Below are positions 23,018-35,807 of a DNA stretch of 41,683 nt, piece by piece; position 1 is the first letter of the stretch, and every line of letters begins with the position of its first letter. The notes under the pieces were generated by a model. It made no database searches and was not told the DNA's origin. It saw only the letters and a program-made list of their open reading frames with translations. Origin of the DNA: Phoronis australis. Its lineage: Eukaryota > Animalia > Phoronida. The position numbers and the translations under genes are program-made. Location: the NCBI GenBank assembly GCA_002633005.1, contig NMRA01000241.1, positions 569,304-610,986 on the forward strand. The letters are read 5' to 3'.

Positions 23018-23840
23018 TATCAGGAGTGGACTGACACTGTTCTTTGTATTATTCAGCATTGTAACATTGAAAGCCCCAGAGTTATGCGATGGGCAATAGT
23101 GCTGCAGAATTATAAATTCCAAGTGGAGGATATCCCAGTAAAATCTAACATCGGTGCAAACTACTTAAGTCGACTAGCAGAGCCTGCAAGTCAGGAAGAA
23201 CTTCAGAGAAGGACACAGAAGCAGAAGACTATATATCTATGCCAGACGATAATGAGTTAGAAAATGAAAGAATAATTTTCTCTTTGGCAGGGATGTGTTG
23301 TCAGGAGTGGACTGACACTGTTCTTAGTTTATTCATTTTGTTCTATTGTTCTGTTTGATTGGCATGATCCCTGACACCAGGACAGTGATGATGTAATTTG
23401 TTTACCAAAGAATAGTGTGAAACATTCAAGAAAATTCTAGCATGTAAGTGATTAATGTAATCTGGAGCATTCTAGAGCATACTATATGTTTGAAGAATGA
23501 TTGCATAGATTCCGGAAAGTCCTAGAATGTGTTCGAATAGGTGAAACGTTCTAGAATATTGCATGAGTCTATGAATACCCCAGCAGTTGAAAATCAGTTG
23601 AAACTTGGTTACAAGAGAGTTAGTTGAGTTGCTGAAAGTGTCTCAGAAGTTCATCACAAGTCAAGGCTTCGGAGCACAGGCTGGATCATAGAAAAAACAT
23701 CATGGAGGACATTTTGTTTGATTAAGCATGTGAATGTACGGTCGAGATTAAAAAAGTAACAACCTCAAACCAGTCTTCAGTCTATCGTTGCACCAAAAGC
23801 TATTAGCACCGGTTGGTAACCGCCTGCACCCACCCAGACA
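23018..23840 (+). mobile_element. Internally deleted Gypsy LTR retrotransposon (5' LTR stub, RNase H end, PPT, full 3' LTR at 23299-23840)
   Basis: TSD ACGGG at 23013-23017 and 23841-23845. The LTR start T(A/G)TCAGGAGTGGACTGACACTGTTCTT is present at 23018 and 23299, and the LTR ends GACA. 23069-23179 encodes ESPRVMRWAIVLQNYKFQVEDIPVKSNIGANYLSRL, the Gypsy RNase H C-terminus. Confidence 0.85.
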
Positions 23841-23939
23841 ACGGGGAAAAGCTTGACATGACCAGCTACATCATGAAACAGATTCTCCATTGTTTCCTGA
23901 TGTCATGTTATAAAATATGCAAGACCACTTACTAGGGAC

Positions 23940-24480
23940 GAGTTCAGACTTTTCAACTGACTAACATCGGCTTTCACCAGCGACTGAGGCACCAGTGGTG
24001 CTTGTGTTCTTAATAGTTGGCTGTACATGGGAGATAAGTTGACACCTAGGTCACGGTTCAGTGGGGGGAGTGCTGTGTATGCATCATGATAGATTTCTAG
24101 ATCTTACGTGAGTGCCAATAAGACTGCTTACGAATAGTGTTGACATTCTCCATAGAGACGGAATGACTCACAAACATGTGCACACCAACAGCTGTACATT
24201 TATCCAGTTTTTATGTTCTTTAAGTCTAGTTTCCATATTACACTTGGACTCTCCTATGTATGTGTGCGACGGGTCTTGGTCATGCGAGATTTTATAAATA
24301 ACACAACATTGTTTGCCTACAGGTATAGGGTTTATAGGCCTGACCATCTGATTGTGTGAAGTGTTCACAGGTTTCATGAATCAACTAATGCCGTGTGCCG
24401 TTTAGGTACAATCAAGCTGCTCTGATATATATCTTTTATATTGGGTACAGCCACAGTGGATCCATCAGTATGTTTGAACT
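23940..24480 (-). mobile_element. Penelope-like element 3' fragment (decayed GIY-YIG endonuclease)
   Basis: VIYKISHDQDPSHTYIGESKCNMETRLKEH, then after frameshifts ..TAVGVH..PLNRDLGVNLSPMYSQLL, followed by a degenerate hammerhead-like motif. Confidence 0.8.
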
Positions 24481-25699
24481 TGTCCCCTAGTTAAGCGAGC
24501 TTTCATTTTTTATCATGACCAGACTTGGTCTGGAGAATCACTGATCTTTCTGGGTAGAAGGTTAAGTGCGATGACCAGACAAGTGGAACAGTGGTGGTTG
24601 TGGACGCTGTCTGTGGGCAGCAACTTGGACAAAAACACCAAGCATGAAGGACAGAGGAATTTGGCCTTCTCGGCTATGGGCATTTGTTTGGACATTTTGT
24701 CTTTTACCCTTATTTTAGGGATTGCATACACAGTGTGTGGCAGCAACTTCTACTGTGGATATTTGTTCTAGGGAATACCTAGACACTACCGTATTGCAAC
24801 AGAAGTGAAGGTGACAAGACCAGACTTGCCCAAGGAAATCACTGATCCTTCTGGGTTGAAGGTTAAGAGAAATGACCAGACAAGCGGAAACAGTAGTGGT
24901 TATGGACGCTATCTGTGGACACTAACTTGGTTCATATACCTCGCATCTGTAGCAGCCGAATGTGGCGTACTTGGGTACAGACTTCTACAGTCTCTCTCTG
25001 TAAGAGCGTAATGACTATTTACACAAATGTTCTCACAAGTTTGAAATCAGGTGTTTTGTGCAATGGGCCCTGACCCATGCACCTGCGTATGTCTGATGCT
25101 ATTCAGGTATCGCTATACCAGCAACGTTTTCAATGAAAATCACTAGCTTTAAAGGGACACTACCGGCATTTTAAGTAGATAAGCCCATGGCCGTGTATTC
25201 AGAAAATGAAATTTTCAAGCATTGTAGTAACACCAAATAAACATATATATAATCAGAAAAGGGGTGCGTGATGACATTGACATTTTTTACTTAAAACTGT
25301 TTTAAATTTTATGTTTAATAAATTCACAGTTTGCCAACACCTTGTTCGTTTTTATTAAAGATAAATGCTCCACAAAACTGAATTTGTGACAAAAACTTGA
25401 CCGTGGGGGGCTTTTAAGAGAAAATTTTCCAAATAAACACCCCACTATCTGGACACTTGACACCACTAGTTGTAACATTCAATAAACGCCCATAAGCATT
25501 TATTTGGCATAATCAATAAACAGCCATGGGTGTTTTATCAGGTAGGTTTATCTATGGAAAATCCTGGTATCAGTTTTACAGCCGAAAAATGAATTTTTTG
25601 AAATGAAGGCTGGTGTTTACCATTTAAATCTCTTTCTTGGGGGTGTTTACCTTGACGTGGCGGAGCAGCTTGCATATCTCAGTAACACCTAGAGCTATA

Positions 25700-28600
25700 C
25701 TGTCAGCTTTAACTCCCAGTAGAGTCACCCATGACAGTTCTGTCAAAAGGCAGAGATTAGGCTACACTCTCCCTTCCTGGGCAGTTTGGAATTGATGGAT
25801 AGCGATCACCTGGTGCCATGGCTGCTGGTTGAGTTGTCAAGCCTTGTTGCCACCTCATGGATGAGGTGAATGCCGAGACGAAGGCGAATCCAAGCATGCT
25901 TTATACAGGTAGATGTTCATCATTTCTCTGTTGCTATTGGTCAGGTCTCAAAAAGACCAGATCCAAGTGCAACTGAATGTGCTTTCAGCTGTGGATGTTT
26001 GCATAAATAACCTCAGACACTCCTTCAGGTGAGAATGGTGATCTAACCAAGTCGACTGTTGCTGACGGCTTTACACCTGTTCTCTCCAAAAAAGAGAACA
26101 TGGGGAGAAGTGGAAGCGACAGTGAATACTAAAGAGACTCCAGAAACTAAAGCTTACCACACCCGGGCAGTCTCATGGCACCAAGTCCCCTCAATCTGAT
26201 GACTCCATCCCGACTTACAAGATGGCCAGGATGGAAACTACTTATGCTCAGGCAGTAAAACAGAATTTAAAGATTTTTGTTGCTGCAAAAGCTGAGAAGC
26301 CTCCTCTCCGCGAGAGAGATCAGGCGCCTCAAAGAAGTTCTTAAGGCAGCCATGCTCAAAGGTAGACAACCATGTCACGTTATATCAGCCCACCCGAAAA
26401 AGGGCATTCTGTGCATCATCTGTACTGATAACGGCACCTTTTGAGTATTTGAAGACTGAATGCCAGAAACTGGTTCTGGCTGATATGGACCCAAGGCCTG
26501 ACTTTCATGTCATGGGGCCAGGGGACCTTTCCCTGACCAATAAAGCCGTTTGTCTTGTCTCGGTAGACATTGCCATGAACAGGGAGGAATTTTTCAACAT
26601 CCTTGCTGTGCGCAATAGAAATCTTGATGTGACAAAAATTCACTGGGTTAATGTTTGCAAACCTAAGACAAGCGCACACTTCCATTCAAGGGCCTGACCC
26701 TTGTGATGGCTTTAGAAGAGCCTGCCTATGGTCTTGGTGGGGTTCATATAAGGCGAAGACAAAGGCTGAAAAAGGCGGGAGCTGGAAGGACCAGTTTGAC
26801 ATCCTCCATGGCCCCAGGTCCTGCCGAGGTGGTTGAATCAGCTTTAGAAACTAGTGTTCATGAGGTGGAAATTGCTGAATTAACAGATGTTGAACATGCC
26901 GATGATATTGCTAAGGATCGTGGTGACCAGAGTGGTTATCTCAGCCCTCCTACCCCATGCCGCTGTTCCAAGTGTTCAATCATTAACCACCGGCACCCAT
27001 CTCATCCAGTGATACTACCTCTACTGTGGTAGATCCGGATACTAGCACGGAGATGCTAACAAGGGATTGATTGCATACTAAGTACAGTATAAGATGAATG
27101 ACCCTTTTCTGATTTTTCACAGTAATATACCTAATCATGGAGTGTGACCTTAAAGTTTCACAGATTAACCTTCATCATGCTAATAATTCATCTGTCCTCC
27201 TGCAGCAAAAGCTGAGTAAAGACTGAGACATGTTTTGTGTCCTTGATCCCAGAGCCTTACTATAGGGAGAACAAGTATTTAATGTTTCTCCTAATACCAA
27301 ATCATATACAGCTCGACTTGATAGCAACATGAGGTCAAGAGCTGCTGTTTTGATATTTAAGGACATATAGACCACTGCCAGATTTCTACGGATGAGACAG
27401 AGTGGCTGTAGCTTGCAACCTTACGGACCAAATGGACACACTTAGACTGTTTGGTAGGTTTCAGCACATATGCTAGGTGACTCAGCTGAGGAACCTCCAT
27501 CTGATACAGTCTGATGTGTCACACATCATAGCAGTAATTTTCAGATTGTTTTCATAATAGGCTATGCTGCTGAAAAACAGAGGGACCCCAGAAAGTGGCA
27601 TTGCTTCTTCTCATTTTAATATGGTCATGGACTGCCTTTTAAGGCAATTAATGGCCAACATTGGCTCAAGCCAGGTTGTTCAGCCTTATGTTGATGATAT
27701 GGTCTTGTGTATTTCTACTGTTCATGCAGGAACATGTTGCAACATTGGCCAAAAGGCACTCTACACAGTTACTTGATGGACTATGGCTGTGGGCTTTGAA
27801 ATGAGTAAAAGCAAAACTAAAGTGAAGATGTTTACATGGAAATTGCATATTGCACCACTGAAGCTCTATGGAACTGAAGTCCCATTACACGAAAGGGTGA
27901 CATATCAAGGTGTTACTCTCCACCATCACCTTTCTTGGACACCTGTGATGGACAAAATCACAAAACCTAAGTTGACCATGGTGAGGAGTTCCCGTGTGGT
28001 GGGTTTATCTCCCAAGAATATTCTGTGGGTCTATACCGGTATTATCTGACCGATGCTAGTCTATGCTGCCTGTATGGATAACAACTCCTCAACAATGCAC
28101 CACCAGATCAAAAATAACACAAGTACAGTGTTTACCTTGCTTGTGTATCACTTCTGCATTTCCAGGAACACCTACAGCTACGACAGAAATGCTTATTGGC
28201 TTCTTGTCACCCCTGTACGTGTTGTAGCTATATTTGTAGCTTACCATATGAGGTGTAATGGGCAATGGAAAAGTGTGCAAATCACTGACACCGTAGTTCA
28301 CAAGAGCCATGTTAATGTATGCAACAGATTACTGCCACAAGTTGGATCGTTGGCAATGCCTAATAATTTTCTCGCTATGACTTTAAATCCTGAGCACACT
28401 GCAGAAAGTGCTGATAGTCAGGGGATGATGAATCTCACTGACCAACAATCTATCTTCAAACCTGACAGTGGACAGTAGGGATCTGGAATTTACTTTCCTG
28501 ACCTCAAAGATGATGGTGAGAAACAGACCTGGATATCACTGGGGAAAATTGCAAGTTTTTCAGGCTGAAATTGACGCCGTCCATCAGGCAGCTGTAATGG

Positions 28601-29240
28601 TTAGACAGCATTGGGGAATTCTTGGTAACAAGGAGTTCATTATACTCTCGGACAGTGAAGCTGGCATTAAGGCTTTAGCCAAGCTTAAAATCTGCTCTCA
28701 AGTTGTGTTCGGGCTGGTGTGGATGAGCTCAGTTCACTGGCAATCAAACATACTGTTCATGTCAAATGGGTCAAATCTCATGTTGGCACTGATGGCAACA
28801 AAGCTGCTGATTACCTCATACAGCAAGAAGCAAGTGCACCGCTTTGTACCAGAGCCCTGCATACCAGTCCCATATAACTATTACAGGCCAAAAGTAAAAC
28901 AGTGGGTTTGTAAACTGTCAGCGGATGCATGGAGGATGGGCTCCACCTGCAGACAAACAACACTAATTTTCCAAGTCCTATTGAGCCATTGAGTCAAGAG
29001 GTTCCAAAAGACTCTTATGGTTGGATAAGGTGGCTATTCAGCAGGATATCCAAGAAATAACTTGCCTGGTAAACATCGTCAGATTGTGCAGGTACAATGG
29101 CCTTTCTAATTTCTTGAAAAAAGAACTGTTAGGTAGATTTGAAGACTTTACTCTCATGAGGAGCCTCATGCTGAGTAATCCCCTCGAGTCCTAATTAGGT
29201 GATCAGTGCAATGGGCCAAACTGTGTGACCTAAACACACC
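25700..29240 (+). mobile_element. Decayed non-LTR retrotransposon with RNase H (LOA/Lian-like); boundaries approximate
   Basis: RT remnant GTPESGIASSHFNMVMDCLL..VQPYVDD (27564-27776). RNase H remnant VFQAEIDAV..IILSDSEAGIKAL..WVKSHVGTDGN..PEPCIP (28468-28900). EN remnant SAHMLGDSAEEPP (~27460). Many stops and frameshifts. Confidence 0.8.
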
Positions 29241-29487
29241 TGGTGCACCACAGAAGGCACTAGATCACCTGACAGAGTCTATTTTTATCATTTAAATACG
29301 CTTAAAATACTCTGCTATTTAACATGCAGGATTTGACTCAGTTGTGTAGAGTGATCGGCTGTAACTGCAGAGATATGGTGTTCGATTCTGAACCGCTGGC
29401 AATTTCGGTAAAATTACTCTTCTTACTGATTATGTCTCTTCAAACCTCACCAATTGTTAGCTTTCAATGGTTTAATGACAGACTTAC

Positions 29488-29596
29488 TCTGGAAGTTGAT
29501 CTTTGTCCTATCAAAGGGAGCAATTGCTGTCTTAGCCAGAGCCCCTGCACAGGCACCAGCGACCAATGAGGTTAGGATTTTGTTGTAGTTGGGAAT
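29488..29596 (-). CDS. SLC25A42: SLC25A42 coding exon 2
   Basis: ttctttTAG|ATT ... CAG A|GTAAGT, 109 nt. Encodes [36 protein letters not shown], with the first carrier signature PFDRTKI. Confidence 0.95.
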
Positions 29597-30238
29597 CTAA
29601 AAGAACCAAACAAACAGCATAATTTAACAATTCGTCATAGCCCTGAACAACACAAGATATGTTTGCAGTGGTGTGGTAGATTATCACAAGTTTCTGAACC
29701 CTAAGTTATAACAAGTCTCAGAGTCCATCTAATTTAGTTCCCCCTATGAGGCGCCACCACAGTTTTTGACCAAGTATAAGAAAGAAGGATTTCTATGAAT
29801 ATAAGGTTGAGCCCCAGTTTTGCATCTGATTCTAACCACAAAAAAATCAAAAAGTTAAATAAAACGAAAATGAAATGATAGTTTAGAAAACTGTAACTCT
29901 TTTGAATAACATCTTCAGCATCTGCTGTTTTGCTATAAATGTACCTTTAATTTCACTTAATTTTCTGGTTATATGGTAATATGACATGATCTAATACAGA
30001 GTGGTATAAAGTTAAACATGAAAGTCTACAGGCTTTGTGGTTTCAGAAAATATATTGCGGCATTCACGGCATTCACAATGACAGAAGCCTTAGTTGGTAA
30101 AATGAAAGAAGGACAATTTCAGAAATTATTGTAACTTGCTTTATGTATTTACAATTACTAGTGCCTTGTTGTTATTCTCCATTTTAAACACTTGTCATAA
30201 CAAAGTGTAACAAAACATGGAACATTCTTATGTCTTAC

Positions 30239-30376
30239 TTTGTCATCATTGTGTACTTTCTGAGAGTCAGCATCCCGACCTCCTGTGACCCCTTGTAGAG
30301 AGGTTGGCGACGGCCCAGGAGGAACGACGTCCACCATTGAGGCCACGCCTACCAATGGACGAGTGTTTGCTCCCAT
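30239..30376 (-). CDS. SLC25A42: SLC25A42 first coding exon (exon probably begins at 30443; the upstream non-coding exon was not located)
   Basis: ATG at 30376. Encodes MGANTRPLVGVASMVDVVPPGPSPTSLQGVTGGRDADSQKVHNDDK|GTAAGA, a phase 0 join to exon 2. Acceptor ttgcttccAG at 30444-30445. The joined CDS is 1023 nt (340 aa plus stop). Confidence 0.7.
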
Positions 30377-32724
30377 CGCATGATGCACACTGGAGGTCAC
30401 TTCTACACAAGATGTCACTGCTACACTGTATGTCACCACTACACTGGAAGCAACATTAAGGAGATGTAGAAACTATTCCAAATTGATTCATCTACATTAC
30501 ACATCATTTATCTCTATTCACTTTATTTTCCCAGGAAAGTTACATCGTAAATTATGAGCAGAGCAACTGCAAATCTTCAATTCAACTTCTTCCTCAACAG
30601 TATGTGATTTTCTAATATAATTCCAACGCCAATACTGACATCCAAACATTATCGATTCCAATGGAGGGTTCTCCTTTCATCAGCAAAAATCCAATCATCG
30701 CTCAAACTGTGAATTTCAATCAATTCACAGGCTTCCTTTCAGATGAGAAACATATCTACTTGGGATAAAATCTCACCAATTTTGAACACACAATTGCTGA
30801 CAAGTGAAATTTATTTTGTTTCTGCATTTTCCATGTCAATGAATGTAGCACCAAATTAATGCTTAAGACAGCTAACACCAAAAAATGTTTTGAAAATTTG
30901 TGGGCAGTTACAAAATTGTTAAACGCCCTTGAAAATTGAGACGGGGACAATTTGTCTGCAACTGGTGAGGTTTTATTGAACACAGTATTTACATTTCAAA
31001 GTTGAGCATGTCACAATCACTGCTACAAAACCTAAGAATAATTTTAGTACTATGATGAAATAGCTTATCAAGCCTTTCAATAAGTTATCCAAAGTAGATG
31101 AAACTAAGTTGATTTTTCACCATTATAAATGTCATACAGTAAGTTTGATACTTTTCATAGTTTTAAAGCTCACACGTTGTGAAATTTACCTTCAGTACAT
31201 AGATGGAGTTGATATTAGAGCTCAAGTTATCAGATTTTGATGTTCTGAGCACTAACGACTGAAGTAAGCACACATTCAGGTCTCCCTCATCATGACTTTA
31301 GGCTGGTCACTACTCAAATGGTAACATCATTTTTACCACTTTTCACCTTTATGTTTGCATGTCATAGTAACACTGGTACATATTGCTTATCGTACACTAC
31401 AAATCCTTGCCATACCATACCTTGTTTCCTTACAGAGATGTAAAGACTTGAACCAGTGGTTGAGCCTCTAGTGATTTGCAAAACTGTCGTTCCCTCAAAC
31501 CAAAGCTACCAGTCAGTTCATACTAGTCGTGTTCAGACAGGAATGACCTGCGGAACAGAAGATGTGTAACAAGCCAAATAGGAAAAAATAAATTGAAATC
31601 AGTTTTGAAACACCGGCACAGAATCTTTCAAGAAGTTCAAAAGACATCTTCAAAGTTCCACACAGTGCTTGTGTATAAGCCCAAGCCAACGTTGCAAACT
31701 TCAAACTCTAATCAATCAAATCAATATCAATCCCATTCCCCTGTCAATAACATTAAGTAATCACGGCAAATTACCCTCATCAGGTCAAGAAATTCTCCTC
31801 TGATGAATGATCAAAAATTCCCCTCATGATTTTATCCTGCAGACAACCTCAAAAATATCGTATTCAAATTGACTTTACTCACAGGGCCGCCAGACACCGG
31901 AAATGTCACAAACTGATTTTTTATAAACAAGTGGCACATGCAGTTTTGTATTATTTCACTCGTGTATTGAAAACATGAAACTAGAAGAAAATTTTCTTGA
32001 GCCTGCGACTCGGAATGGCACACAAACAATAAAAGTTCTACAAGAACTGTGAAAAGTCATGCGGCAGAGCATAGAAGTATACAGGAAAGTGTCTTCACTG
32101 AAAAATTTGCTGAGCACTTCTCGGTCTCAGCAGACCATTTTGAAGAGGTAGCTCACCAGGAATATTCACTATGGTCACACAAGCACACGTATATAAGTGA
32201 ATACAATCAGAATGTAATAGTATCGTGGTTTGTACTGGAACTACACTTACCTTATATGGCACAATTAGTTAGAATGGTTTATTGTATAAGTCCTGCCAAA
32301 CAGTTCTATGAAATGTGACTCATATGCATGTGGTCTTGTGTATTGCAAAAAACATGTTGTTGTACAGTAGTTAGTCATTCCGCAATAAAGTAATGTTCAA
32401 GTAAAGACGTCTTCTTCACTCCTCTATCCACAAGCCATTACACAGAAGATGAGGATCCCTGTGCTCATAAGGTGTCCCTCTGCTCATGCTCCTTTTATCA
32501 TGCCCACTAGGTGATATGACGTCATATCCCCGGGTGTGCGTAGTGTAAAAATGGCCAGTTGCTGAATTTGGAAACTGAATGAAGGACTGCTCGAAGAAAA
32601 AGTTAGATAATGGGAGTATTGGGAGTATTTGTTCGAATTGGAAGGAAGTTTAAGACACCGACAGCCTCCTAAGGTGCCCCTATATGTGCAAAAAGGTACT
32701 TATAACGTGACTTTGATGTTTTAA

Positions 32725-34384
32725 AGGAGAATGCCACCCAATTTAATTAGTCTTTTTTGCCATCTTAATCGGTCTATAACCACATCGCCTCGCATACGGT
32801 CGACCTTACCTTGCCAACAGGTGGCGCGTTAACCTGTGAGGAAGGTGAGAAACAACGCTAGTGACGTCAGTGGTTCATATGCAGAGTGAATGGCGCTATG
32901 TTGCGGTGCATCGTTCCCGCTTGTCCAAACTAAGCAGCTGCGAGGAAAGCGGGTATAAGAATTTTTTTTAATTCCTCGAGAGTAGAGTCGGAAATGCTTA
33001 GGAAGTGGCTCATGGTAGTGAAGAATGAAATGTACGCTGTAAATAGGAAGTATGAGGCCGTGAAACATCTCCCTGTCTGTGGCCTGCAGACGTCGACAGT
33101 GCCTCACGAATGCCAACTTACCAAATAACTCCATACGTGCCGTTGTCTGAGCTTGTTCACGGCGCCTCTCTAGTATTTCTTCATCACTGTATTCCTGTTC
33201 GAATTGATAGCCTGTAAAACTTAACGATCCACCTGCGAAGTCGGGGCTGGTGAGCTCTAGCTTGTCCTAAGTCGGGATTGCGAGTTGCCATGTTGGCGTT
33301 TATTACTGAGCGTTCTGTTTCAACATGAATTATTCTCACCCTAACCAATACTTATATAAAACTGAAACAAAGTGTGTCTCATTAGATGCAATTTGTAATA
33401 CCTTTGGAGTTTTCGTGAGTGCGAATGATTTGAGAAGCCAGCAATGAATAAATCATTGCATTACCGGCTTTAGGTGCAATAAAACTAATTGACAGGACAC
33501 TGAGGCCGTGTGAGCTCATGCTAATTTAGTGTTTGCTGGCAGAAACTGTTGTGAAACAACTCGATTTCCATTTCACGGCCAGGGAGAATCTTTATTTACG
33601 TTTATATTACTCAAATAATGATTGTCAATGTACAACTTCTGCCCTGACGGTGCTGTGGCCGAAGCGGAACCTGAACTCGCAGCCCCCGAGTAAGTAGATT
33701 TGCAGTTTCGTGGCTAATTCACCAACATTGGGTCACTAGTATAGTATCTTCTTGACTGGAAGTTTAGTTTCCACCGAACTTTGGCTGGTTTATGTCCGTG
33801 ATGTCTGATCAGTTTCCGAGCCACTGGCCGGGAAAACGAGTCAATCCGGCCAGCCGTGACGGGCCTGATCGGGCTCCGACTGAGCCACTGGCCAGGATAA
33901 CAAGCATTTTGTGTTTAGAACTCAAAAAAATCACAAGTCTAAACAACACAGATCTAGGTTCTCCTGTCTCTATCTCACAGAAAATACTTCGAAATTACCT
34001 CCAAACACACCCCAAGCTCCTGCTACGGACCTTATTGGCCTGCCAAACTTTGTAGGCTACGGTGTGTCCAAATACTAATAAATCCATAAGAGCGAAATAA
34101 AACAACACATTTTTATAAGAACTCGGTGTATTTTTAAGGGTTTTACATCGAAGTTTGATGATTTATTGGTGTTAAATGATGACTTCAAGCGATAAGCTGA
34201 TACCTGTAACCTGTGTTGTGAACTGCTGAACAGACTGCGTGTGAAACCGATGATGTCATTGGATGATTTCAACACCTCCGTCTGCCATCAGGTGTCCGGT
34301 AACGCAACCGTACGTGTCGTTATGGAGTAGAACTACTCGATCTAAATCGATACAAATTAGGTTGTTTTTGGGTGGCATGCTCCT
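32725..34384. mobile_element. Non-autonomous Kolobok-like DNA transposon with a THAP stub (+) and a second-ORF stub (-)
   Basis: TTAA|AGGAGAATGCCACCCA ... TGGGTGGCATGCTCCT|TTAA (15/16 TIR match). The plus strand from 32898 reads MLRCIVPACPN*..IFF..MLRKWL..VCGL (THAP). The minus strand at ~33290-33122 reads ..GYQFEQEYSDEEI..R.., ending at GTAAGT. Confidence 0.8.
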
Positions 34385-35764
34385 TTAATCACTTTGAGAC
34401 ATTCGATGAAAAGCTTCCAACGTAAGAAGCGCCTATAGGAGCTTCACCGTCTCTATTGAGTATTGAGCCAGCTAGACTGCTAGAGACGTGTCTACCAGTA
34501 CCACCAGTTGGCAAGGTCACTTGTCTCGTCTCACTCACAAGACTTTGGTGGAATCGAAGCATAGATCGCTGTTTTTGAGCAGAGCTCGAAGGTGTACCTT
34601 GCTCAGATCCTTAAGACAGTTTACCTGGGTTTTTCTGCGACTCCCTAATTACAACGCTCAAGCAATGCCGGTGAAGTCCTGACTTGATGGCCCCCTTGCA
34701 TGTTGTAAACCATAAAGTATACTTTGACCCAACATGAGGCGCACGGCAACTGTTTCAAAAATCATAGCAATAATTACGAATCATTCCTAAATCCAAACCA
34801 ATTGAAAATAAAAAACAATATACGATAATTGGTAAGATTTGACCCAGGAACCAATATTGGTTTCTCGGATTACTGAGAAAAACGACAGTTGTTTTCAAGA
34901 AGAAAAAAACAATAGTAGTGACATCTAGTGTCCACCCAGAGACCGTAGAGAAGGAGATGTCGTAGACCAAGTAGTCCACCCGACCAAGTTAGCGGTCGGA
35001 CCTCGCAGACCAAGTAGATACCTCCGACCAAGTGGCAATGTACCGTTGATATCTGAATGTTTACCATAGTGTTATAGTGAACAGGTCTGACAAATGCATC
35101 TTTTCTAAACCAAATTTCATGATATGTGGTCGACAAAAATCCTTATTTCAATCCTTTGAACAAGCAGATAATAGAGTACGTACTGAGCCAGCCAGGGCGA
35201 ACGTAACTGGAGCCAAAACTGCACAACGCAGACAAAACAAAACACTTAAATTCCACATATAATTTCACTCTTTGCATCTGCTTTTCTCTAGGGAGTTATC
35301 AACCAAATTTTACGGCTGTATATCATGGGTGTAGTTTTGCTTGCAGGTTTACTTGGTCCGGTCTCGTCACAGGCCGGCCCGAGTGCGTTCGGACATAGGC
35401 TGCATCTAACTCACAGAATTATTAGATTCTTTAACTTTTTCTTCAATGACACTTCTGTTCACAACCTCGATTTTTGTAATCGTTTTTACTGCTTTTCACT
35501 GTTCAAAAACCATTACGTTTTCATGTATGGTTAATTTGCAGTTTCGCGTGTGCCGAGCACCGTCGCGACTGGCCTAGAATAGACATGAAACTACAGACGT
35601 TTTGATAATTCTCAGTGGTAAAATTTTTGTCTATAATTGTAATTAGTGATAGTTAACAACTTTATTTTTTCCACAGAATACAATCACCGACACCCCATTT
35701 GCTTCTAAAAATGTATGTTCCTTTTTAAGTTTTAGGCCTACAGTTGCACTCACTGGCTATCGTG

Positions 35765-35807
35765 TAGGGTTAGGGTTAGGGTTGGTGTTGGGGTTGGGGT
35801 AGGGGTT
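35765..35807 (+). repeat. Short telomeric and variant-telomeric tract
   Basis: TAGGG TTAGGG TTAGGG TTGGTG TTGGGG TTGGGG TAGGGG TT. Confidence 0.8.

Larger units (their letters stand above)
22240..24930 (+). repeat. ~300-bp tandem repeat (4-5 copies) interrupted by LTR and PLE insertions
   Basis: The unit (GACATGACCAGACTTG..GAATCACTGATCC.TCTGGGTAGAAGGTTAAGTG..TAGGGAATACCTAGACACTACCGTATTGCAACAGAAGTGAAG) recurs at ~22452, 22752, 24514 and 24812, plus partial copies. Confidence 0.85.

Noticed and set aside
25153-25623. TTAA-flanked MITE
   Set aside because: The putative TIRs (AGGGACACTACCGGC vs ATGGTAAACACCAGCC) are too divergent to call.
34960-35040. GACCAAGT x4 as a regulatory array
   Set aside because: It is explained by a two-copy ~43-bp degenerate duplication, probably a TE subterminal remnant, with no further support.
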